A DNA stretch of 63,332 nucleotides, counting the filler. It is 7 parts of 7 records of this genome, joined end to end, with 100 filler letters (N's around TTAATTAATTAA, not from the genome) between each part and the next. Parts side by side here need not be neighbours in the genome. Positions count along the whole stretch, not along the records: positions 51,134 to 57,398 come from SRR20825019_1080; positions 57,499 to 63,332 come from SRR20825019_1093; 5 more parts are not named here. One strand, given 5' to 3'. Below are positions 53,843 to 63,332 of the stretch, piece by piece (the first letter of the stretch is position 1; the number at the start of each line of letters is the position of its first letter). The notes below the pieces were generated by a model. The model did not search any database and had not been told where the DNA came from. It saw only the letters and a program-made list of their open reading frames with translations. Both the position numbers and the translations under genes were made by a program.

Positions 53843-56637
53843 TTACAAGTTGTGGATCTCCAGTGGTTCGTCCAGGGGATCTGCAGGTGTGTAGCCTAGC
53901 ACTTTCGCAAAGAAATGAAACTGGCCCTCCAGCGTACGCTTCTGGTTCTTAGCCATTCGGAAGCCATGCTGCTCACCAGGGTACAGCTCGATGGCTGTAG
54001 CTACACCCTTATCCTTAAGGGCCTCAAACATCTTTGTTGCCTGGTTGGGCGGAACAATCTTGTCCTCCAATCCTTGGAAGAGAATAATGGGCACGGTGAT
54101 CTTATCGATGTGATTGATAGGAGACCTGTCGTAGTAAACGTCCTTCATCTCCGGGTATGGTCCAATAAGCGAATCGAGGTACCTCGACTCAAACTAATGT
54201 AGTATAGTGATTAGAACAATTCACACCGTGGAACAACCGCCGCACCTTGTGTGTCTCCTGCGCCAGGAGCTCCATGTCTGCAACACCAAAGAGGCTTGCT
54301 CCCGCCTTGAAAACATCGCGGAAAGCAATGGCTGCTAGGGTAGTATAACCACCAGCGCTGCCACCATCGATCGTGAGCCTTTGATCATCCGCCTAGAGAC
54401 AACGAAATGAGATGATTTTCCACACAACTGACTCCACTCAATCTCATACCTTGCCGGACTCCGCGAGAAACTTGGCACAGTTGCAGCAATCTTCTATATC
54501 GACAACACCCCACTGCCCCCTAAAATAATACCATAAGCATGAATATATTTCCGTGGAGTACAGAGAGCCTACTTCAAGCGATCGCGATATTCACGGCCAT
54601 ATCCCGTAGATCCGCCATAATTGACGTCAGCGATGGCCACTCCCCTGGATGTCCAGTATTGGTACTGGGCGTTGAACGAAGAGCTGCAGGATCCCGTGGG
54701 CCCTCCGTGTATCTACAGTAAAATGTCACGAGCAATGCCCTGCGATGAAGCTGAACACTCTACCTTTACAAGAAGGGGAGGCTTTTCACCATCTACGGGC
54801 CTGTAGTCATCATTCTTTGGTGGGTAGTACATAGCATATCCCTCCTTGCCATTGGTGGTGGGAAATGAGATGTGCGTGGGAATGGAAAGATATTTCGGGT
54901 CAAGAGGCTCGCTTGACCTGGCAATGATGTTGATATTACCAGTATTAGGTTCGAATTCAAATACTGTGTTTGTCAGCGAAGGTGAGCCTCCGGCCATGAG
55001 GATCTACAATGACTATGAGCACAACTGAGTATCGTTCCTCAGGCACATACCTTATTATTGCCAATCATTGACATGCCGACAAAGGAGGTATAACTCAGTT
55101 CATCATACACATGTGTTTTGGCAGCAGGCTGTCCATCACCACCAAGTGTGACCTTCATAAGGCGGTGGAAGCCACCATCGATGAAACGTGTATAGAAGAC
55201 CGTTCCCTACGACACAACGCCATTCAACAGTAGACTCCACGAAAATACGGCAAAATACCTCTGCCTCGGATGAAAACATGAAGCTGCTACCTCCCAGTAC
55301 CCAAGCAGGCTCGGCAAATTCATTTTTCTTCTCCAGCAAGCACGTATGAGTGCCATTACCCTATTGAAGTAATGAGATAATATCATATCATTGTACTTGA
55401 CAACGCATCATACCTCATATCGATATAGATTCCACCAACCGCTGGCTGCATCGCTGACATAGTACAATTTGTTGTCATGCTATTGCATATCTTGTCACGT
55501 CCAATATCACAACAAGCACAACTTCTAGCACTCACGGGTCCCCACACAGGTGACGTGATGGATTCATGCGCCCCTTCTCCGGCAATGCAGGATGTCTCCG
55601 TAACGGACAAGCTGTGGGACGCGTTTAGGCGTGGTCCATCAATTCAATAAATGCGCACTTCTCTGAAATCGCGGCAATATGGAGGGTGGTATCATCCCAG
55701 GGCATGTTAGGATGGTTCCACTGAACCCAAGCGATAGACTTTCCATCTGGGCAGAATCAGACAATCCCCCTATCTACCAGGCATATACCCTGACCTTTGC
55801 TCATGCGTGGACCGGCGACAAAGTCTGCACCGGAAGCCAACACTATCTCCTCTGCCTCTGTTGCATCATGCATTAGTAAAGCCATCGATAAGGGCAATCA
55901 TGGATGGGGCAGCATGCCTTTTTGGGGATCTGTCCTGTCGAGTTTCAGATACACAACCTCATTGTTTACACTCTTGTCGTCAGTGTGCGATTCGCGAACG
56001 CAAAGGATCCCATGCCTTGTCTCATCGTAGACACCGTCGGCATACCGCACCTTCGAGTCTCCCAGGTCCTTAGTGACTGTTGAAACAGAAATGTTAAGTA
56101 TGTTCCGTCGTATCAAGGGAACAACGTGCCTGGGTGAATGGACCCGTCATGGGCAGACACGCGGTACAAACGCTGGTCTGCAAAGTTGCTAAAATACTAA
56201 AATTGCAGTTAGAAGTGGTCTCAGCCAAGGCTGCAATACCCACGTAGACCCCATCCTCCTCTCCGGAGATAAGTGCCTTGCCACCGTATTCGTGGACGCG
56301 AGTTCGGATGTTCATCTTGGTGTCGACGGGGACTAGGTCCTTCACCGCGCCAGACTTGTCACGGCGAACCTGTTAGCAGTTAGGATACCCCTCTTCTCTC
56401 AAATACACAGCATGGTACCAATGCCACCCTTCCTTGCTCTTGAGGCCGAGCCTCAAGCCAAACCACGGCACCAGATTCCTTTTCTGCATAGACACCTCCA
56501 TATCTGATAGACTGTTGCATCGTTAGAGGACTTCGTCAGGAGGTCCTTAACTTAATCTAAATATTCCAACGTACACTTCCAGTGGCAAGCTCAGCAGTAA
56601 CAGGAGACTTCCACGTCCCGTATGGTGCAGTAGACAT
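53843..56637 (-). CDS. S9-family serine peptidase (prolyl oligopeptidase / acylaminoacyl-peptidase-like), many short introns
   Basis: [14 protein letters not shown] start, [50 protein letters not shown], catalytic [17 protein letters not shown] and GEQHGFR. Confidence 0.9.
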
Positions 56638-57398
56638 TTTTGAGTTAAAACGCGAATGGAGAGCAAGCGCAGATACCAGTGCAAGAAAGACACCAAAGAA
56701 TTGATGTTTTTGCATGGACTCGTTGTGAGGTCACGGACACGCATATACTTGATTAACGCAAGCAGTTCTCGGTGTTGTTTGAACGCTGGCGGCGTGGCAC
56801 CGTGCCATCATCGAAGGACCTCAACGGCGCCCCGGGGCGGTACCCTGCATAGGGGCGATCTTTTTTCCGGGGATATCGGGTCGCCAGCATCCCTACCGGT
56901 CCGCTATCAGTCTATCATACTCACTCCTCAGCGGGCCCGCGGCGACGATCATCCGGCGCAGCCTGCGGCACGGCAGGTCAACTGCCGGGCTCATCAGTGG
57001 TCCCAGCCCTCAGGTCCGACCGGCCACCATGACGTCGATCATTTTCCTTGCAATTAGAGTCTCTCTTTGGGGTCCTGATGTGACCGTTGGAGTCTGCGTT
57101 CCTCACCCAACCCCGGCATGCCCTTGGCATCAGGTTGAGGCCGATGGGCTAACATCACTGAGGGCGGCCCGTGGCCGGCTTTTGCCGTCCGGCCACTGCG
57201 GGGGTCGGCCAGGCCGGGCCGGGGAGGGTGGTGTACAGGGGGGGCGCCGCTGGTGGTCAGCGCCCGGCCCGGGCCGGCCCCGAGCGGCCGGGCCGGCCGG
57301 GTCGTCCGGTCGGGCCGGTCGGGGAAGGGCGGCACCCGGCACTACGGTCCCAAACTTGCCCGGACGGCGAAGGAGCGACCCGAGTCGAAAGACCTCCT

Positions 57399-57498
57399 NN
57401 NNNNNNNNNNNNNNNNNNNNNNNNNNNNNNNNNNNNNNNNNNTTAATTAATTAANNNNNNNNNNNNNNNNNNNNNNNNNNNNNNNNNNNNNNNNNNNN
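57399..57498. other. Artificial contig-joining spacer
   Basis: N run with TTAATTAATTAA. Confidence 0.98.
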
Positions 57499-58146
57499 GC
57501 AGGCACGGCGGATGAGATTCCCAGCAGAGTGTTGCTGAGGGAAGCAGTGTGGTCACCGCATGCCGGACGCGGCGAGGCGATGACAAAAAAAAAAGAGAGC
57601 ACTTGCTCTTCAATAGTCAGTACCGGTCATAGTGCCTCACTGACCCACCGTGACTGAGTAAACCAACACCCGCCCATTGGCAATGCCAGCCGGCGGGTGC
57701 CCGACTACAGGGCCGGCCGGCAAGCGCGGCACTGGGCGAGATTCGGACGAATTTCGATCACGAGTGGGCTACGGATTCGATGGGCTGTCGGGCGGTGCCG
57801 GCCGGTGGGTGGGACGGTGTGGGGCAATCCGAGAATGATCCGTGCCGTGGGCGCGACGACGTTCTTGTCCAGGCAATCCTGATTGCCGTTCGGCGAGGGC
57901 CCGGGGCGTGCAAGGTCGGCCTGATCCGTTCACGAAGGTCAACAGTGGCTTCTGTTCACGGCGTGGTCACATTTTCTTGTGCAAAATCACGAAGTCTCAA
58001 CGAGACGGGCATATATACCCGACGAGCACGGATTGTCACGGATTAAGACTGTTAGTGCGATGCTGATACTCACGATACTCATACTCGGCAGCACCGGGCA
58101 GCAAGGCTGGCCCACGACCAGCCGCCCCCCCAGGCCCCCCGGCGCC

Positions 58147-61100
58147 ATGGCTGCCTACCGGACCGGCCCACCTGTGGCTGCCTCATCGCCGCTGCGGAGG
58201 CCAGCGGCGGCAGCGACGATACAGCCTGGCTTGGCCGACGTGTGGCTCAACTCTGTCGTGATGGGCTGGCCTTGTTGGCAGCGGTTCTGGCCCAGCGGAC
58301 TTTGCCCTGCGCCATACGCGACCAACTGTGCGCACCGAGGCCATGACCAAGATCCCCCCAACCTTTGTGAGCATTTCAATTTCTTGTTCGAATGTTGACT
58401 GATCCACTGTGGATATAGATGAAGGCACCGTCGATAAGCATTGCAGCTTGATTGTAGCCTCTCGCACCGGGTTCATTGGCTCTGCGCACCGAGTCCATGA
58501 CCAAGATCTCCCCAATTCAGGTAATATTTTCATTTTCTTGTCAGAGTGTTTTCACTGAAACTGCCATAGCGGGTGGAACGGTGTTGCTGCTAGATTGCGG
58601 ATCAGGTCCTAATGGAAGTGATTGTCAATTCATTGCACTGGCTGCTTCACTTGCATGAAGACTACGCCAAGATTTCAATCACTTGCAACTGCGTGCGATT
58701 GCGGCCTCATATTTGGAAGACACCAGGCACTGCAGTAGCAGTCTCCTCGATCTCGACGCACGATCATTTCAGGTTGATGGGGACCGACGGCTTCATGAGA
58801 TCAAGGCGGGCCAAGGGATGGGCTCATATGGGACCCTTCTTGCACTATCGAATGCTCTTCACGTGAACATAGCTGTCCTCACCATAGGGTGCCATGGCCC
58901 TTGCGGCATCACGTGGGTCGGTGATGATCACAGAAACGGCTTACACACTGTGATTCTTGCACTTCATCAATCACACTACTATGAGATCATCAATCCTCAT
59001 ATTCTTCCCCGTGAGCTATTCCGTTCTCCATCGCAGTTTAGATCTGAGGAGGATCTGTACTCTGCATTCCACGGAGGTGGGAGTGGTGGACCAACGAAGG
59101 TGACCTTGGAAGATCTTGGGGACAACCCTGTCTCTAGCGACGACGAGGACGTCGAAGACGATGGAGAACAAGGTTACAATGTTGTCGAAGATGATGATCG
59201 GGATGGCGATGATGACCATGAGAAGGTCGATGGGCAGCAGGATACCATAGAAGAAGAGGATGTGGCACAGGATCTTCCGGGAAACAAGATTGACGCTGAG
59301 GTGGACGAAGCTTTGGAACAGTTGCAAGATACCTTGCAGGAGTGGAATGATGGACAAGTGGAGTTTGCACGCCAGTACCGAAAGGGTCAATATGGATCTC
59401 ACGAGCCAAGGAAAGTTGACCCCACTCGTTTCCCTGGAAAAGTGAAGATCGCCATTGATACCTCGGGGAGATTTGCAAAGAAGGCAATGGCAGCGATAAC
59501 CATTGACGTCCCTATCACCCGCAGTGATGCAGATCCTAATAAGAGTACGACGGAGACGATGGTATCCTTGGATTCAATTTTTGGTAACAGCAGGAGTTGC
59601 CCCATGGAAAGAGACTTATTGAACAAGGGAGGTGCTGTGGGCCCGTGGAACTCAGTGTTCGCCAGTATCCATGGTAAAAGCATTCTAATGACCCCGCAAC
59701 AACGCGCTGAAGCCTTGATTGCGGGCTTGGACATCCGCCGTGATGAGCTCCTATCATTTGGGCCTAAAGACCCTGTCGATCGGCGTTTCGGCATATATAC
59801 TGTGCCAGATAACCCACCAGGTGGCGGGGTGTCGGCTGTTCCCTCAGTCGATGCGAAAGGAGCAGATGGCACTGAGATGACTGGTTTGGCAACGCATGTG
59901 AAAGGAGCGATTCAAAAGGTTGCAAGTGCAAGGGCTCAAGCCAAGAAATCACATGAGGAGCATAAGAACAAGTGGGGACTGACGGGAAAGGTCGCCAACG
60001 GCAGCATTGCTGGGGTATTCTGTTCTGCATCATTCATTCCGTTGCCTATGGCGATTCTCTTTTTGACGAAGATGAGCTCACTAGGATCCAAGAAAGATAA
60101 CGTTTCCTATTTATCGTCAACAGTGACACAGGAGCAGAGGAACTTTGCAAAGGGCATGATTAGTCTTCTCACTGTGCACGAGGATATCACAGAGATTGTA
60201 CAACGGGGGGGCCACATGGGTTTTGTCTCGGACTCAGACTTGGACAAGAGGACCATCACTAATCTAAAGGCTATGATCACGAGGCTTAAGAACCTGAAGA
60301 GCGAGCACTTCGACAAGATTACTGCGGGAGAGAAGGCCTTTCAAGTTGCTAGGTCTATCCAGGGCATGAGCCAGGCAATGCTGAATGATTTTGTATCGAA
60401 GGCACCCGACCGAATTCGGGCCAAAGACCGGCTCTATGACTCGTCAACGAGCACCGGTTTAGTGCGTCTCAGCAAGGACGCTGAGGAATTTGTTGGCATG
60501 AGAGCCACGGATCCAGGAGGTACCGTCGTTGTATGCGACCGGAACAAGTTGCTGTATTTGATGATCATTCGGCATATTCTTGAGGGCGGGGCCACCTTTG
60601 ATGAGTGGATGAAGGAACCCTACATTGAGGTGCTGCTATCGATTGATGGAAAATACCTACAGAATGGGTATCATTATACCACCGGGACAGTAACGATGAC
60701 AAGAGGTCCCAGTGTGAACGCCTACTCTGTAAAACACAACGTTCCAGTCGCCATAGCTGCCGACGAAGACAGCAAGTACACGATTCAGCGCATTGTGAAT
60801 GACCTGAAGCTGGATGACCATGATGTGTGTGGATTGGAAGCAGATGGCAATCAGGTGCCTTTACCGGACAACGCTGGCGACATGACGGTTCCTGATCGTG
60901 AGGTGTTCGGTGCGTGCAACAAGAAGCGTTCAATAGTGGGCATCCGGGCCTCCAGGACACGCTCCCACATTGACTTTGGAAGTGGTTTGACGAAGTTTGT
61001 GCACGAAATTATCGTTCTCGACCTGAAGGCAAGATGGGGAGCAGGACAGGGAGACTCTACCACATGTTTCTGCTGCGGAGATACTCAGGATGAGTGGGCC

Positions 61101-63332
61101 GAGCCCAACCCTACGCCAATGCCGTTTCGGATACTTGGACGACGTTTCAACAAATTCAATCCACCGCATTCCGCGGGAACAGACGAATGTCGACTCTGCC
61201 GAAAGCGCCTAATTCAAGATGCTGAACAAGTCGCTCTTTTGCACAATCTTTTGATTGAGACGGATGATGTCTCCGATGAACAGCTTAAGAAGGCATTTGC
61301 GGATGTAGAGGAAGCTTGTGCCAAGGCCCAGGCGCCCATTGTATGCACCTGCTGTGTAGATGATACACATGACAACTCTGGCGTGCCCCTTGAACTCTCC
61401 GTAGATGGAGTTGCTGTTTGTTGCAATGTCGACTGCGCCCGCCATAATATGAAGAATAATTTGGAGAACTCGATTGTGTTGCTTTGCCAGAATGGGAAGC
61501 GAATTCAGGAACTTTGTTCTAGCTTGCCCGAATTCGCGGGCTTCCTTGGTGAAATTAAGAAGCACATCAAGGAAATACCTGGATTGGAAAGCGTTGTTTT
61601 TGGCGAATCTAAAATGGATGCCAAGCGAATTAATGGCCATGTAGTATCCAGCGAGGAATGTAAGGAGTTCATTCAAACTATCAGTTCCCTTCATGGAGAC
61701 CGCGCAAGGGAATTCTTTGCTCGGAACAAGGCCATTGTTGTTGTTGATGACCGGACTGGAAACATTCTTCCTGAGATCACAACGCTGGCACAGAAGACGG
61801 CAAAAGAGAGACAGATAACGAAGGCACTCTACCCCAATGGCGTCCCGCGACTTTGGCTTCCGAGAGAGCTTGACATGATAGCTGCCTATGATGAAAAAAC
61901 GAAGAAGGAGTGGGGCTCCAAGCCCCATGGAGAAGAATACGGAAACGGCGTCGAAGATGAGTATGTGCCTCCAGATGATGGTAGTGAGGAACTGGAAATG
62001 TATGGCGGTGTCGAATTTTCCAAGGGGTACAAGCCAACTGCGAAGCCAACTGCGACGACCGGCCGCGATACTGCTCCGGCTATGGGCCCTCGGATGACCA
62101 CTTTTCTTCGGAGGAGAGGCTGCACCAAGCGAAGCGAGTACTACACCACAAAGAACAAGCACGTGTTGGGAAGGCATCCTCTGCGGACAGTTAGATGGAA
62201 AGCGGCGTTTGAGCCTCTTCTCGAGATGTTGGAAGAAAAGCGGCAGCACATGATTACGTATATTGAGAACTCAAAGGAGAAGGTGGATCTGGGACACCGT
62301 CTTGAGAACGCTCGTCAGAAGAAGAAAGGCCACGGTAGTATCAAGGTCTTGCCCAACGATATTCCAGAGAAGTTGGAGAGTTTGATCAAGCACTTTAGGG
62401 CGCTCGATTATATTTTCAACGCAATGCTTGGAGTTGAGGACAGTCTTGTTGCGGACGAATATCGGGCCCGCTGGTTCCCCAAGAGCCTACCAGATTCGCC
62501 GTTGGCGGACCAAATGACCATCGATATTCTATCCCTTGACAGGGAGCCAATCACTACTCGCATTTTGACTGAAGAGGAAGACATTCTTCTCCGCAAAGCC
62601 CTTCCTCGTCATTATGAGGTTCTACCTCGGAATTCGGACGGTCGTGTTGTCGTTCCATGGTATTACACAGTGCCTGAACCTACCGGGAAGGACACTATAG
62701 AGAAACGGAAGGCCCAGAGACTTCAAAGGAGATTAGATCGCAAACTCTTGTCGCCGGAGCGGAAACGAGAGCTCATCGGGGTCATGCGAATTGTGTGTAA
62801 GGCTAACCGCCTCGACCAGAAGGTAGACGAATACATTGCCACCAAGGTTGACATTCTGGGCTTAAACTATTCAGAGCAAACCCGGGGCATGTACTTTAAG
62901 TCGTTTATCAAGAGCTACTTGCACCAGTTGAGGCATTCTTGGGAGCGTTTAGTATTACACGGTAGTCAGAAACGATATACCGCTGATGTTGAGGAATCGA
63001 GTCATAAGCGGCTAGCGCAAATGCATCGAGGGGTTTGCAGTGCTCACACTGCTCGCTACGATGCCCATGAGCGGTACAAAGGTGGAAATGCTTGGCAGAT
63101 GCTGAGTAGGGCCGTCACTCGGGAGTATTCAGAGGTTTTATTTTTGATGCATAAGCACGGGTTCCTCGGAGATACACTGGAAGAGTTCATGAACTCTAAC
63201 TCTGGAACGATTGGTACCGCTCCATTACCGGTTGTCCCTTCCACACTGGACGGAGTATTTTTCAACATGACCACATCAGACGCCGCGGTAAGCGATCAGC
63301 CCGATGAGACTGCGCCTGCAACTCCCGTTTCC
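58147..63332 (+). mobile_element. OTU-domain-fused RAG1/Transib/Chapaev-like DDE transposase gene (exons ~58147-58366, 58419-58520, 58570->63332; in-frame TGA at 58656; 3'-truncated)
   Basis: Manual translation: 1558 stop-free codons from 58659 to the window end. Motifs: LLSIDGK (D at 60645), PVAIAADEDS, IIVLDLKARW...CFCC (D at 61020), VDCARH (61431-61445), SYLHQLRH (62913-62936) and DVEESSHK (E at 62994). The upstream part of the same frame gives GSDCQFIALA...HLQLRAIAASYL...GSYGTLLALSNALHVNIAV...ILALHQSHYY (OTU-like). Two GT-AG introns keep the frame. Confidence 0.72.
58330..58558 (+). repeat. Imperfect ~73-75-nt direct repeat spanning an exon end plus intron (copies 58330-58402 and 58484-58558)
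   Basis: gcgcaccgag(g/t)ccatgaccaagatc..cccaa...gt(g/a)a...ttttc..tttcttgt...actga occurs twice. Confidence 0.85.

Noticed and set aside
58656-58658. Alternative genetic code (TGA=Trp) in contig 7
   Set aside because: Only one TGA in the frame; Trp residues in the long ORF use TGG.
61209-62249. 346-aa minus-strand ORF as a RAG2-like partner gene
   Set aside because: Antisense to the transposase frame, with no kelch or PHD motifs visible.

Overview
This window is not one locus. It is seven eukaryotic contigs joined by artificial 100-nt N spacers containing TTAATTAATTAA: 1-9775, 9876-22046, 22147-32372, 32473-43122, 43223-51033, 51134-57398 and 57499-63332. Contigs 1, 2, 3, 6 and 7 carry short (~50-130 nt) GT-AG introns and look like protist genome(s). 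Contigs 4 and 5 are intronless and co-oriented, with a kinetoplastid-like layout, so they may come from a different organism. Recognisable genes are a ZMYND15/MSS51-like MYND protein, an ankyrin-repeat TRP channel, DNAJC16-like, WDR13-like, NDUFAF5, a VIT-vWA membrane protein, DDX24/MAK5, RBBP5/Swd1, a secreted LRR protein, a giant laminin-EGF/IPT multi-pass membrane protein, a degenerate receptor-type nucleotide cyclase, BAP31-like, a MerT-like/HMA fusion, an ATP-grasp ligase and an S9 peptidase. Two things stand out. (1) Contig 7 has a 1558-codon open frame that the ORF track missed because it runs off the window. By manual translation it encodes a highly divergent RAG1/Transib/Chapaev-type DDE transposase with a greatly enlarged, Cys-rich insertion domain. 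It is preceded in frame by an OTU deubiquitinase-like domain that is interrupted by a single TGA. (2) Contig 1 has a spliced ~2070-aa fusion of IDO-like, FNR-type reductase, cytochrome b5-like and adenylate kinase-like domains, several of them catalytically degenerate. All family assignments rest on motifs recognised by eye; no searches were run.
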